A stretch of 64,000 nucleotides of DNA from a bacterium (GCA_965203325.1 OZ241875.1:4096001-4160000), one strand, 5' to 3'. Positions 22,997 to 33,715 are shown, counted from the stretch's first letter. Numbers and translations are program-made. Notes: generated from the letters alone by a model not told the origin.

Positions 22997-23145
22997 TCTT
23001 TTCCTCATGAATGCGTAAGAAACGTCCGCCAGCGTCGGCGAACTCGCGCTAGTTTGCCAGAGCTTTGGGGCGTTCACAATCGCCGGGCCTTGGGGTAGGA
23101 TAGCGCGGTTTCGGTGGCGTTATCTTTGAATCGGAGCTTTGCGTC

Positions 23146-23985
23146 ATGAACGATTTGCCGAGAGTGAGCTATCTGGGTCCTGAGGCCACCTTCACGCACG
23201 AGGCGGCCATTCTGCGCTTCGGCGAGGGGGCCGCACTAACGCCCGTACAAAGCATCGACGCCGTGTTCGATGATGTGGAGGGTCGCCGCTCCCTGTGGGG
23301 CGTGGTGCCGATCGAGAACGCGATAGAGGGTACGGTCAACATCACGCTCGACAGGCTGCTGGAATCCCCTTTGCTGGTGGAGTGTGAAGTCACGCTGCCC
23401 ATCGACATTCACTTTCTCACGAACGCAGGCTCCATAGATGGTGTGGAACGTATTCTGAGCCATCCCCACGCGGTGGCCCAGTGTCGCCGCTGGCTTCGGG
23501 CGAACGCCTCGGGCGTCAAGATCGAAGAGGTTTTGAGCACTTCGTTGGCGGCGAAGATGGCCGCCGAAGACCCGGGACTCGCGGCCCTGGGCAGCCGTCT
23601 GGCGGCCGAGCACTATGGTCTCAAGATTTTTGCGGAAAAACTGGATTCCGAGATCATCAACGTGACGCGATTCTTCGTCATCGGAACCGAAAAGCCCGAG
23701 CAGGCGGCGCAATCGAAGACGAGCCTCCTCTTCGGCTTGAAAAACGAATCGGGCGCGCTCCACAAGGCGCTTGCGCCCATCGCCGAGCGTGAGCTGAACA
23801 TGACGAAAATCGAGTCCCGGCCTTCGCGCAGAGAGGCGTGGGAATACGTCTTCTACATGGAAATCGACGGTTATGTGGAAGACGAGGCAATCGCGAAAGG
23901 TATTTCGGAACTGCGGAATCTGGTGGAGTTTATTCGGGTGCTGGGTTCGTATCCCGTGCTAAGGCAAGAGCGGGCAAGTATTTGA
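23146..23985 (+). CDS. pheA: Prephenate dehydratase (monofunctional, with ACT domain)
   Basis: YLGPEATFT, VVPIENAIEG, SHPHAVAQC, NVTRF, NMTKIESRP. Confidence 0.93.
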   Translation: MNDLPRVSYLGPEATFTHEAAILRFGEGAALTPVQSIDAVFDDVEGRRSLWGVVPIENAIEGTVNITLDRLLESPLLVECEVTLPIDIHFLTNAGSIDGVERILSHPHAVAQCRRWLRANASGVKIEEVLSTSLAAKMAAEDPGLAALGSRLAAEHYGLKIFAEKLDSEIINVTRFFVIGTEKPEQAAQSKTSLLFGLKNESGALHKALAPIAERELNMTKIESRPSRREAWEYVFYMEIDGYVEDEAIAKGISELRNLVEFIRVLGSYPVLRQERASI

Positions 23986-24051
23986 TATCATTGACTTTGT
24001 TGATTTCAATCGCCTGAGGACGTCTAGCATCGCTGGTTTTGAGGAGAGGGA

Positions 24052-25140
24052 ATGAAATTTCAAAGGGCGCGGCCCGTTTCGGACATTATCGTCTACCAGC
24101 CGGGAAAGCCTGTGGAGGAACTCGAACGCGAACTCGGGGTCGCCGATTCCATCAAGGTGGCCTCGAACGAAAATCCCCTGGGGCCTTCGCCCAAGGCGCT
24201 GGCGGCCGTCAACGGCGCCGTTCAGGAATTGCACCGCTACCCGGACGGCGGGGGTTTTTACCTCAAAAACGCGCTGGCCGAACACCACGGGCTGGCGCCT
24301 GCGAATTTCGTATTTGGCAACGGGACGAACGAGGTTCTGGAGATTCTGGCGCATGCCTACCTGGATCCTGGTGACCCCGTGGTTTTCTCAGAAGGCGCCT
24401 TTATCGTTTACCACATCGTTTCTCAGCTTACTTCTTGCGAGATCAGGCGCGCCCCGATGCGCGATTACCACCAGGACTTGGACGCCATGGCCGATCTCGT
24501 ATGCGAGAAGACGAAAATCGTCTTCATTGCGAACCCGAACAACCCCACGGGTACGGCGGTGGGGGAGAGGAAACTCCGGGAATTTTTGGGAAAAATTCCG
24601 GAGACTACCCTCCTCGTCATGGACGAGGCCTACTGCCACTACGCGCATCTGGAGGATTACCCCGACGCCGCTGGGATGCTGGGCGAATTCCCGAACCTGG
24701 TCGCCATGCGCACCTTCTCGAAGGTCTACGGCTTGGCCGGTCTGCGCGTCGGCTACGGCGTGGCGGATGAGGAAGTCGCGCAGGCGATGGAGAGCGTCCG
24801 CGAGCCGTTCAACGTGAATTCCCTGGCTCTCGTGGCCGCGCAGGCCGCCTTGGGCGACGTCGAGCACGTCGAAAGGTCGGTCGCCGTGAACGCCGAAGGC
24901 CGGGAGTATTTCGTGTACGAACTGTCGGCCATGGGCCTTCCCTTCGTGCCCACGCAGGGGAATTTCATGATGGTCGAGGTGGGCGAAGCGATGCGGGTGT
25001 ACGAAGAATTGCTCAGGGAAGGCGTGATTGTCCGGCCCGTGGCGGGGTATGGCTTTCCGCGCCACCTGCGGATTTCCATCGGCACGCCGCAGGAGAACGA
25101 AGAAGTCATTAAGACGTTGTATAAAGTGATGGAAATTTAG
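24052..25140 (+). CDS. hisC: Histidinol-phosphate aminotransferase
   Basis: YQPGKP, ASNENP, NPNNPTG, DEAY, RTFSKVYGLAGLRVGY. Confidence 0.94.
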   Translation: MKFQRARPVSDIIVYQPGKPVEELERELGVADSIKVASNENPLGPSPKALAAVNGAVQELHRYPDGGGFYLKNALAEHHGLAPANFVFGNGTNEVLEILAHAYLDPGDPVVFSEGAFIVYHIVSQLTSCEIRRAPMRDYHQDLDAMADLVCEKTKIVFIANPNNPTGTAVGERKLREFLGKIPETTLLVMDEAYCHYAHLEDYPDAAGMLGEFPNLVAMRTFSKVYGLAGLRVGYGVADEEVAQAMESVREPFNVNSLALVAAQAALGDVEHVERSVAVNAEGREYFVYELSAMGLPFVPTQGNFMMVEVGEAMRVYEELLREGVIVRPVAGYGFPRHLRISIGTPQENEEVIKTLYKVMEI

Positions 25141-25198
25141 TTAATACAAATAGATATATATTTAATTTAATGTAGTTTATAGATACCTTCAGAAAGGT

Positions 25199-26065
25199 AT
25201 GAATGTGCTTTTCGAGCAGATGACCATCATCGGCGTGGGACTCATCGGCGGCTCGCTGGCCCGCGCCGCCCGGGAGAGAGGCCTCGTTTCGAGGTTCGTC
25301 GGCGCAGGCCGGAGCCTGGGCAACCTCGAACGCGCGCTTGAACTGGGCGTCGTGGATCGCTTCGAGACGGACCATCTCGAGGCGGTGCGTGATTCGGATC
25401 TGGTGGTGGTGTGTACCCCGGTTCGCTCGGCGGTGCGGGTGACGGAGGCGGTTTTGCCCGCGATGTCTCCCGGGGCCTTGCTCACCGATGTGGGAAGCGT
25501 AAAGGCGCCCTATGTGCGGGCGGTCGAGGCGATGGACTTGGGAGAAGTGAAATTCCTGGCGAGTCATCCCGTCGCCGGAGGCGAGAAAACCGGAGTGGAG
25601 GCGAGTTTTTCCTCTCTTTTCGATGCGCACCAGACCATCCTGACGCCGACGGAGAGAACGCACCCCGAATCCATCGAACGTTTGCGCGCGCTATGGGAGG
25701 GAGTCGGCGCAAACGTCGAGATTCTCGACCCTGAAGCGCATGATCGCGTGATGGCCGACATCAGCCATCTCCCGCATTTGGTGGCTTACGCCATGATGAA
25801 CACCGCTCTTCAGGGTGATGCGCTCCGGCATGCGTCCAGCGGGTTTCGTGATTTTTCCCGAATCGCGTCTTCAGGGGCGGAAATGTGGCGCGAAATCTGC
25901 GAGGACAATCAGCAGGCGCTGCTGGGCGCGCTGGAGAGGTTCGAGAAAGAGCTGGCGGAAATTCGCCGCTCCTTGGAAGAAGCGGATTCCGAGGGGCTCG
26001 AGCGCGCGTTTTCGAAAGCCAAAAACGGCCGGGACGAATGGGCGCGAAAAAAGGGTTGGGCTTGA
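25199..26065 (+). CDS. tyrA: Prephenate/arogenate dehydrogenase
   Basis: GVGLIGGSLA, TDVGSVK, HPVAG, HD..ISHLPH, GFRDFSRIA. Confidence 0.92.
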   Translation: MNVLFEQMTIIGVGLIGGSLARAARERGLVSRFVGAGRSLGNLERALELGVVDRFETDHLEAVRDSDLVVVCTPVRSAVRVTEAVLPAMSPGALLTDVGSVKAPYVRAVEAMDLGEVKFLASHPVAGGEKTGVEASFSSLFDAHQTILTPTERTHPESIERLRALWEGVGANVEILDPEAHDRVMADISHLPHLVAYAMMNTALQGDALRHASSGFRDFSRIASSGAEMWREICEDNQQALLGALERFEKELAEIRRSLEEADSEGLERAFSKAKNGRDEWARKKGWA

Positions 26066-26775
26066 GAGAGGAATCGAGCCGAAAATCGGCCGGCATCGTC
26101 ATTCCCATCGATGGGCCCGCCGGCTCCGGCAAGAGCACGGCGGCCAAAGGGGTCGCGGAGAGGCTGGGTTTCGACTATCTCGAGAGCGGCGCGCTCTACC
26201 GGGCGGTGGGTTACCGGGTTCTCAAGAAAAACCGGGAAGGTGATTTCGAGAGCCGGGCGGTCGACTCCGCGCGTGATTTGCGCTTCGAGTGCCGCAAAGA
26301 AGGGAATGACTGGAAAAACATCCTCGATGGGGAAGACGTTACCGATGCGCTCCGGGACGAAGAAATCAGCGACATGGCGTCGCGGGTGTCGGCGATCCCC
26401 GGAGTGCGGGCGGCGCTGCTCGATTTTCAAAGGAATTTCGGACGAGAACGCGGGGCCGTCATCGACGGGCGCGACATCGGCACGGTCGTTTTCCCGGATG
26501 CCAGGCTGAAATTTTTTGTCGACGCGGACATCGAAGTGCGAATCCAGCGGCGTTTCGCCGAACTCGAGGCGAGGGAAGTATCCTTTCTCCCCGAGCTTCT
26601 TCGCGAGGACTTAATGCGCAGGGACGAGAGAGATCGCCACAGGGCCAGCGCGCCGCTGCGAAAGGCCGAGGACGCCGAGGAGATCGATACGAGCGATATG
26701 AACGTTGACCAGGTGCTCGAAGTCATGCTAGAGAAAATCCGCTCGGTTTACGGGGAAGTTATTGAGGATGCTTGA
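26062..26775 (+). CDS. cmk: Cytidylate kinase
   Basis: IDGPAGSGKST, SGALYR, DGRDIGTVVFPDA; TTG start overlaps the tyrA stop (TTGA). Confidence 0.94.
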   Translation: MREESSRKSAGIVIPIDGPAGSGKSTAAKGVAERLGFDYLESGALYRAVGYRVLKKNREGDFESRAVDSARDLRFECRKEGNDWKNILDGEDVTDALRDEEISDMASRVSAIPGVRAALLDFQRNFGRERGAVIDGRDIGTVVFPDARLKFFVDADIEVRIQRRFAELEAREVSFLPELLREDLMRRDERDRHRASAPLRKAEDAEEIDTSDMNVDQVLEVMLEKIRSVYGEVIEDA

Positions 26776-26783
26776 GTTGCGAG

Positions 26784-26812
26784 TTGATTCTCTCCTTTCT
26801 CGGGTGTAGTAT
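26784..26812 (+). promoter_or_regulatory. Putative sigma70 promoter of rpsA
   Basis: TTGATT-N17-TAGTAT about 100 nt upstream of rpsA. Confidence 0.5.
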
Positions 26813-26911
26813 ATTTGCTTCCGCCAATTTCATGCCGATGACTGCGATAGCGACGGACGCTTGAGCGGTGGCGGCAATTTTCTTTTTCTCAGAACGAGGT
26901 AACGCAAACAG

Positions 26912-28789
26912 ATGAATGAAACTTCCTCTAACGAATCAGAGGCCCAGCCCGCCTTCTCATCGAAGGTGGCCGAATTACTCCCGGACGAAGTGGATCCCGA
27001 CAGCCTTTCTACCGAACAGATGGATGACCTCTACGCCTCCACGATGAAGGTGCAGGATGGCGAAATCATCGAAGGAACGGTTGTGGGGATGGAAGGCGAA
27101 TATGTGCTGGTGGACGTAGGTTATAAATCAGAGGGTTTGGTTCCTCGCTTTGAATTCCCGAGCCGTGGGCGGGATCTCAACCCTGGCGACAGGGTGGAGG
27201 TTTTCGTCGAGGAGCGTGAGGATGATGATGGCCTCATCGTGCTCTCGAAGGAGAAAGCCAACCGGATCAAGATATGGGACGAGATCAGCAAAGCCCATGA
27301 TAACGACGAGATTATCCAGGGCGAAGTCGTCGCCCGCATCAAGGGCGGGCTTACGGTCGATATCGGCCTGAAAGCCTTTTTGCCGGGTTCCCAGGTCGAT
27401 CTGAGGCCGGTGAGGAACCTCGATCAGTTTATCGGCAAATCCTTCGACATGAAGATCATCAAACTCAACAGAAAGCGCGGGAACATCGTTCTCTCCAGGC
27501 GCGTGCTGCTGGAGGATGAAAGAGCGGAACTCAAGCGTGAGACGCTCGCGAATCTCACGGAAGGCATGGAGAAGGTCGGCGTCGTCAAGAACATCACCGA
27601 TTACGGCGCGTTCATCGACCTGGGCGGAATCGACGGTCTGCTCCACATCACGGATATGTCCTGGGGGCGGGTGAGCCACCCGAGCGAGCTTCTCTCCATC
27701 GGGGACAGCGTCAAAGTCATCGTGCTTAAATACGACAAGGAACGCGAGCGCGTCTCCCTGGGCCACAAGCAGATCACGCCGGACCCTTGGGAGAACGTGG
27801 AAATCAAGTATCCCATGACCGGCAAGGTTCGCGGACGGGTGGTCTCCATCACCGATTACGGCGCTTTCGTCGAGCTCGAACAGGGCGTCGAGGGTCTGGT
27901 GCACGTCTCGGAGATGTCGTGGACGAGGCGCGTTCGCCATCCCTCGAAATTCGTCGCGGTGGGCGATGTCGTGGAAGCCGTCGTTTTGAACCTGGACAAG
28001 GAAGGCCGCAGAATCTCTCTGGGCATGAAGCAGGTCGAGGCCAACCCGTGGACCACGGTGGAGGAGAAATACCCCGTGGGGATGCGCGTGACGGGCAGCA
28101 TCCGCAATTTGACGGAATTCGGCGCCTTCGTCGCCCTGGACGAGGGCATCGACGGCCTCATCCATATTTCGGACATTTCCTGGACACAGCGCTTCAAGCA
28201 TCCCTCTGAGATCCTGCGCAAGGGCCAGGAGATCGAGGCGGTCGTTCTGAGCGTGGACGTCGAGAAGGAGCGCCTTTCTCTCGGGATGAAGCAAATCACC
28301 CCGGATCCCTGGGACGACATCAACGACCGTTATGCGGTAGATGACGATATCGAGGCGAAAATCACGAAAATCACGAACTTCGGCGTATTCGCCGCACCCG
28401 AGGAAGAGCTGGAGGGGCTGGTGCACATCTCCGAACTCGACTCGGACAAGGTGAAAGAACCGCAGGACGTGGTGCGCGTGGGCGACGTGTTCAAAATGCG
28501 CGTCATCAAAATCGATCGGGAGCAGAGAAGGCTGGGCTTGAGCATCCGCGCCTATGTGGAGTCCACCGGCGAGGACCCGGTTGTAAGCCGGGCGCCCCAG
28601 CCTGTGGGGCCGACTGAAGAGGAAAGCGCGACCTCCGTCGAAGAAGCAGAGGAAGTGGAAGCAGGAGAAGTAGGGGAACTGAAGATAGAGGACGAGCCCG
28701 AAGCGGAAGCCGTTGCGGAGGCTGCGCAGGAAACGGAAGTCGTCGCGGAGGTTGCAGGCGAAGCGGACGAGGCAGAGAAAGCGGAATAA
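26912..28789 (+). CDS. rpsA: 30S ribosomal protein S1 with acidic C-terminal tail
   Basis: Six S1 repeats (VDVGYKSEG, AFLPGSQVD, YGAFIDLGGIDGLLHITDMSW, etc.). Confidence 0.97.
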   Translation: MNETSSNESEAQPAFSSKVAELLPDEVDPDSLSTEQMDDLYASTMKVQDGEIIEGTVVGMEGEYVLVDVGYKSEGLVPRFEFPSRGRDLNPGDRVEVFVEEREDDDGLIVLSKEKANRIKIWDEISKAHDNDEIIQGEVVARIKGGLTVDIGLKAFLPGSQVDLRPVRNLDQFIGKSFDMKIIKLNRKRGNIVLSRRVLLEDERAELKRETLANLTEGMEKVGVVKNITDYGAFIDLGGIDGLLHITDMSWGRVSHPSELLSIGDSVKVIVLKYDKERERVSLGHKQITPDPWENVEIKYPMTGKVRGRVVSITDYGAFVELEQGVEGLVHVSEMSWTRRVRHPSKFVAVGDVVEAVVLNLDKEGRRISLGMKQVEANPWTTVEEKYPVGMRVTGSIRNLTEFGAFVALDEGIDGLIHISDISWTQRFKHPSEILRKGQEIEAVVLSVDVEKERLSLGMKQITPDPWDDINDRYAVDDDIEAKITKITNFGVFAAPEEELEGLVHISELDSDKVKEPQDVVRVGDVFKMRVIKIDREQRRLGLSIRAYVESTGEDPVVSRAPQPVGPTEEESATSVEEAEEVEAGEVGELKIEDEPEAEAVAEAAQETEVVAEVAGEADEAEKAE

Positions 28790-29038
28790 CCGAGCGGATG
28801 GCGTGAATCCATCCGATGAATTTTGGGAATATGGGATCGCGAGACGCCTCCCCGCCTGAGGGGGTTGTCATCGTTTTGGCGCATGTGGCCGACACCGGTT
28901 GTGAGATGCGACACGGACGGATGACCTCGTTTGATTCGGTGACTGCGCCGGGCGGAAAGTGGAATTCAAAGGATTGGAGCGTGGGTTTCCCGAAACGCGG
29001 ACGTATCCATCGCGCTCACTGGGAGGATGATAATTCTC

Positions 29039-29413
29039 ATGACTAAGGCCGAGTTGGTTGAGCAGATAGCTGAGAAAATCAATCTCACGAAAAAAGACAC
29101 CGAGCGCATTGTGAACATTGTTTTCGGGAGCATCATGGGCGCCTTGGCAGATGGTGACAAGGTGGAGTTGCGTGGATTCGGTAGTTTCCGTGTGCGATCG
29201 AGAAACAGCCGCGACGGCCGAAACCCTAGAACGGGTGAGGCGGTGGCGATTCCGCCCAAGAATGTGCCGTTCTTCAAGGCAGGGAAAGAATTGAGACAGA
29301 TGGTCGATCACTTCGGACCCGCTTCTTTCGATGATGATGGAGGAGCGCCCGAGTCTTCGGGTAGCGGCGCTTCAGCGCCGGGTGATTCCGAGGAAGGCGA
29401 TTCTCTCTTTTGA
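29039..29413 (+). CDS. ihfB: Integration host factor beta/HU-family protein
   Basis: MTKAELVE, VELRGFGSF, GRNPRTGE, PFFKAGKEL; follows rpsA. Confidence 0.85.
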   Translation: MTKAELVEQIAEKINLTKKDTERIVNIVFGSIMGALADGDKVELRGFGSFRVRSRNSRDGRNPRTGEAVAIPPKNVPFFKAGKELRQMVDHFGPASFDDDGGAPESSGSGASAPGDSEEGDSLF

Positions 29414-29474
29414 TAGCGTGGTTTTCAGGTAACACGTCCAGCCGGAACAATCCCGCCCAAATGGAATTTTTCTC

Positions 29475-30002
29475 ATGAATGAAAAGCGCGTCGGTGGTGG
29501 ATGCGTTGTACTTCGGCAGGGGGACATTACCGAATCCGATGTGGATGCCGTAGTCAATGCAGCCAACAACCATCTGTGGATGGGTGCGGGCGTGGCCGGC
29601 GCCATCAAGAAAAAGGGCGGGCAGGCGATAGAGGCTGAAGCCGTGTCCAAAGGGCCGATTCGGGTCGGGGATGCAGTCATCACGGACGGCGGCAAGCTTC
29701 CCGCCCGGCACGTGATTCATGCGGCGGGCATGGGGACGGACCTTAGGACATCGTCCGAGCTCGTGGAAGCCTGCACCCGGGCGAGCCTCGAGGTGGCCGA
29801 GGAGAACTCGCTGGGCAGCATTGCCTTTCCCGCTATCGGCACCGGCGTCGGGGGCCTGGATGTGAATACGGTCGCCTCCGGTATGCTCAAGGTCTGCTCG
29901 GCGCATCTGCAGGCTTCGGCGAGTACGCTTACCCGCATCGAGTTCGTCCTGTTCTCGGATGCCGACCTGGCGGCGTTTCAGGATGCGCTCGAAGCGCTTT
30001 GA
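29475..30002 (+). CDS. Macro domain (ADP-ribose-binding/hydrolase) protein
   Basis: GDIT..DAVVNAAN..GAGVAGAI, VIHAA, SIAFPAIGTGVGG. Confidence 0.92.
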   Translation: MNEKRVGGGCVVLRQGDITESDVDAVVNAANNHLWMGAGVAGAIKKKGGQAIEAEAVSKGPIRVGDAVITDGGKLPARHVIHAAGMGTDLRTSSELVEACTRASLEVAEENSLGSIAFPAIGTGVGGLDVNTVASGMLKVCSAHLQASASTLTRIEFVLFSDADLAAFQDALEAL

Positions 30003-30117
30003 TTTTCAAGCGATACGACCCCCGTGCCGTTCTCACGTCCGGCCTGGAAATGAGATGCTTCCAAGGCTTTTTTATCTCTTGAAGAAGCCACTCCCTTCCG
30101 CCTGAAGCTCCAGACCC

Positions 30118-31107
30118 ATGAATCGCAAGCCACCAGGAAATCCACACCCAATTATCATAGTCGTGGGAACGACATGTTCGGGCAAAACGGCTTTTGGCGT
30201 GGCGCTGGCCGGGCGCTTCCGGGAGGAGGGAGTGTCCCTGGAGATAGTGGGTGCCGACGCCAGGCAGATTTACCGCGGCATCGGCGTGGGCACCGCCAAG
30301 CCTGGCGAGGATGAACGCGGCGGCGTGCCGCATCATATGATGGATGTTGCGGAACTGGGGGAGACTTATAGCGCGGCGCGCTATGCGGATGAGGCGCTCC
30401 TTTGCATCGAGGAAATTTATCGCGCAGGCGCATACCCGCTCGTAGTGGGGGGGAGCGGTTTGTATATCCGCGCATTGGTGGAGGGATTTTTCGACGGGCC
30501 GGAAGCGCAGCCGGAAATCAGGAAACGATTGGAGGCGGAGGCTTCCAGGCGGGGTCACGTGGCCATGCACGAGCGCCTTGCCGCCGTCGACCCCGAAACG
30601 GCCGCGAAACTTCATCCCAACGACTTGCGAAGGGTGGTTCGCGCTCTGGAGGTGTATGAGGCGACGGGGCGGCCGGTTTCACGTTTGCGCGCCGGGCAAA
30701 AAGCGCCCAGATTCGCATGTCCGTTGTATATTGGTCTCAGGTATCCGCCTTCTGTCCTCGCCGAGCGGATCGAACGCAGGGTGCGGCGGATGCTCTCGGA
30801 CGGAATGCTGGATGAAGTAGGGATGCTGGCCGAGAAGAATCTCACCGACGCCCGGGTGTTCGAGGGTCTTGGATTCCAGGAAGCCCTTGCGTTGCGCAGG
30901 GGACAGATGGCCGAGGATGAGGCGGTTCGGGAAATATCCAGGCTGCACCGCAACTACGCGAAACGTCAGCGCACCTGGTTCCGCAAGCTCGAGGGCGTGA
31001 ACTGGTATGAACCCCGGGATAAGAATTTCGAAGTTATATTGGAGAAGGCCCATGATAAGGTATCCCGGTATCTGGGGCTGGAGTCTCGTATGGAGGGTTC
31101 CTCTTGA
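30118..31107 (+). CDS. miaA: tRNA dimethylallyltransferase
   Basis: GTTCSGKT, DARQIYRG..GTAKP, PHHMMD, VGGSGLY, RRVVRALEV, YAKRQRTW. Confidence 0.95.
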   Translation: MNRKPPGNPHPIIIVVGTTCSGKTAFGVALAGRFREEGVSLEIVGADARQIYRGIGVGTAKPGEDERGGVPHHMMDVAELGETYSAARYADEALLCIEEIYRAGAYPLVVGGSGLYIRALVEGFFDGPEAQPEIRKRLEAEASRRGHVAMHERLAAVDPETAAKLHPNDLRRVVRALEVYEATGRPVSRLRAGQKAPRFACPLYIGLRYPPSVLAERIERRVRRMLSDGMLDEVGMLAEKNLTDARVFEGLGFQEALALRRGQMAEDEAVREISRLHRNYAKRQRTWFRKLEGVNWYEPRDKNFEVILEKAHDKVSRYLGLESRMEGSS

Positions 31108-31643
31108 GCGTCGTGCTCATCGGTTTCAAGGGATGTGGTAAATCGACCATCGGCCCTTTGCTCGCTGAAGAAATGGGGTTTTCCTTTCACGATCTCGACC
31201 ATTTGATCGAGCAAAGACATTTCGAGGAAACAGGAGAGCGGCTGGGATTTCGCGAGGTTTTCAAGGCGAGAGGCGAAGATTCCTTCCGCGCAATGGAGAA
31301 CCACTTGCTGCGCGAGCAGTTGGGTCGGAAAGACCTCGTTCTTGCGCTCGGCGGCGGAACCCCGATGACGCCGGACGCCGGCTCTCTGTTTGCTCCCCAT
31401 TGCGTGGTTTATCTCCGGGTGCCGGAGAATGAAATCATCGAGAGAGTGCGCGCCGGTGGCTGGCCCGCTTATCTCGAAAACGAAGCGAATCCGGAAGAAG
31501 CGTTGCGTCTGCTTTTCAAAAAGCGCGTTCCGCGCTATGAAGAACTCGCGAAATTGATCGTGGAGAACACGCGCGCGACCGAGGCGGTCGTCGCGGCGGC
31601 TCTGCCTGAAATTCGCGCGGTGTTGTCGAAGACTGGAAGATAG
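31104..31643 (+). CDS. aroK: Shikimate kinase (TTG start)
   Basis: [27 protein letters not shown]; adjacent to aroC. Confidence 0.88.
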   Translation: MSVVLIGFKGCGKSTIGPLLAEEMGFSFHDLDHLIEQRHFEETGERLGFREVFKARGEDSFRAMENHLLREQLGRKDLVLALGGGTPMTPDAGSLFAPHCVVYLRVPENEIIERVRAGGWPAYLENEANPEEALRLLFKKRVPRYEELAKLIVENTRATEAVVAAALPEIRAVLSKTGR

Positions 31644-31654
31644 AGAGGGAAATC

Positions 31655-32728
31655 GTGTCGAACACGTTTGGCCGCTTGTTTCGTTTTACAACCTGGGGGG
31701 AGTCGCACGGCCCCGCCCTGGGCGTCGTGGTGGACGGCTGTCCGGCGGGCCTGCCGCTCGATGAGTCCGACCTCCAGCACGATTTGGACCGCAGGCGGCC
31801 GGGCCAGAGCCGGGTGACGACCCAGCGAAAAGAAGAGGACCTGGCGGAGATTTTATCCGGCGTCTTCGAGGGCCGGACGACCGGGCATCCCGTCTCGATA
31901 CTCATCCGGAACAAAGACGCCGATTCGAGCAAATATGAACCCTTGCGCAACCTGTTCCGCCCGGGACACGCGGATTTCACCTACATCCGGAAATGGGGGA
32001 TTCGCGACCACCGGGGCGGGGGGCGTTCCAGCGCGCGGGAGACGGCCGCGCGTGTCGCGGCGGGAGCGATAGCCAAAAAACTCCTCGCCCGCCTCGGCGT
32101 ATCGATTCTGGGCTACGTCGATCAGGTAGGAGCGGTTCGCTGGGATGGTGCGCATTTCGACGCGGACGAGATAGAGCGAAACATCGTTCGCTGCCCGGAC
32201 GCGGAAACGGCGTCCCGGATGGAGGCGGCCATCCTCGAGGCCCGAAAGGCGGGCGACTCGGTGGGCGGCGCCATCACGGTTCAGGCCGATGGCGTTCCGG
32301 CGGGCTGGGGAGAGCCGCTTTACGGGCGTCTCGACTCCGATCTCGCAGCGGCGATGATGAGCATCAACGCGGTGAAGGGGGTGGAAATCGGTTCCGGTTT
32401 CCGGGCCGCCGGTATGCAGGGTTCGGAGAACAACGATCCGTTCGAGTTGAAAAACGGCGAGCCGAGGGTGAGGACGAACAACGCGGGCGGCATTCTGGGC
32501 GGCATATCCACGGGGGCGCCGGTTGTGGTTCGCTTCGCGGTGAAGCCGACTTCCTCCATTTTGCTCGAGCAGGACACGGTGACGACCTCGGGAGAGAAAA
32601 CGACCGTGAAGGTAGAGGGGCGGCACGACCCGTGCGTGGCGACACGAGCGGTGCCCATCGGCGAAGCGATGATGGCGCTCGTTCTGGCGGACCATTGGCG
32701 TCTCGGTCTGGGAAGCCGCATCGAATAA
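31655..32728 (+). CDS. aroC: Chorismate synthase
   Basis: [38 protein letters not shown]. Confidence 0.97.
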   Translation: MSNTFGRLFRFTTWGESHGPALGVVVDGCPAGLPLDESDLQHDLDRRRPGQSRVTTQRKEEDLAEILSGVFEGRTTGHPVSILIRNKDADSSKYEPLRNLFRPGHADFTYIRKWGIRDHRGGGRSSARETAARVAAGAIAKKLLARLGVSILGYVDQVGAVRWDGAHFDADEIERNIVRCPDAETASRMEAAILEARKAGDSVGGAITVQADGVPAGWGEPLYGRLDSDLAAAMMSINAVKGVEIGSGFRAAGMQGSENNDPFELKNGEPRVRTNNAGGILGGISTGAPVVVRFAVKPTSSILLEQDTVTTSGEKTTVKVEGRHDPCVATRAVPIGEAMMALVLADHWRLGLGSRIE

Positions 32729-32880
32729 CGTGATTGAGCGCTTTTGGAAGCACCATCATGGATTTTGACGGTATTCGGTTTCTGGAACGTCATGAAGCAC
32801 GCTGCGAACCTTTGTTTTTTAAGGTGAAGTATATCGAGTAAAGTCATTGAAATTACTTCCGTTTCTTCACGGAGATCGTC

Positions 32881-33678
32881 ATGAAAATCGGGGTCGTCGG
32901 TCTGGGCGTTATAGGCAAGGCTGTGGTGAAGGCGGTGGATGAAGGGAAAATACCCGTCGATATACCGGTCGCTACGACTCGTTCACCGGAGAAGGTGAAA
33001 GATTTTCTGGCGAGTCTGGAAAATCCACCGCACATGACGGACTTGGCGGGCGTGGCGAAAGAAGCGGATGTCGTGATGGAAGCATCGGGCGGAGACACCG
33101 TAGAGGCGATTTGCCATGAGAGTTTCGCGCGGGGAAAAGACGTAATCATCAACTCCGTGGGCGCGCTTCTCGATCGGGATGATTTGATCGAAGAGGCGAA
33201 GAGGGGAGGTGCCCGCATTTTCATTCCCTCGGGCGCCATTATTGGATTGGACGGTCTCAAAGGGGCTTCCGCGGGCGGTATGGAATCCGTCACCATGACG
33301 ACCAGAAAACCGCCCGAGAGCCTGAAAGGAGCCCCTTATGTCGAAGAGCAGGGGATTGATCTCGACGCCATCGATGAGCCGACGGTGATTTTCGAGGGAA
33401 ATCCCCTGGAAGCGTGCAAGGCGTTTCCAGCCAACGTGAACGTGTCCGCCGCCGTGAGCTTCGCGGGGATCGGGCCGCTCAGGACGAAGTTGCGGGTTGT
33501 TTGCGATCCTACGGTCAATCGAAACATCCACGAAGTAGAAGCGGTAGGGGAATTCGGGCGTTCCTTCATCCGTATCGAGAATGTGCCGTCCGAGAATCAT
33601 CGAACGGGTATATTGACGTATCTCTCGACTTTTTCCTTCCTTAGAGATCGAACATCCACATTGATTGTCGGCACCTAG
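32881..33678 (+). CDS. L-aspartate dehydrogenase-like protein
   Basis: GLGVIG, SVGAL, PSGAIIGLD, TTRKPP, FPANVNV, NIHEV. Confidence 0.85.
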   Translation: MKIGVVGLGVIGKAVVKAVDEGKIPVDIPVATTRSPEKVKDFLASLENPPHMTDLAGVAKEADVVMEASGGDTVEAICHESFARGKDVIINSVGALLDRDDLIEEAKRGGARIFIPSGAIIGLDGLKGASAGGMESVTMTTRKPPESLKGAPYVEEQGIDLDAIDEPTVIFEGNPLEACKAFPANVNVSAAVSFAGIGPLRTKLRVVCDPTVNRNIHEVEAVGEFGRSFIRIENVPSENHRTGILTYLSTFSFLRDRTSTLIVGT

Positions 33679-33715
33679 CAGGTTGACGCGCGGTGCCGGA
33701 GTGGAGGGTGGTTTA

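Noticed and set aside
16207..23077. Prophage
   Set aside because: No structural, terminase or integrase genes; only one small domain resembling phage MuF-associated nucleases.
28790..29038. ORF 28816-29046 or an ncRNA between rpsA and ihfB
   Set aside because: No recognisable protein or RNA motif beyond one hairpin (CGGATGG..CCATCCG) after rpsA.
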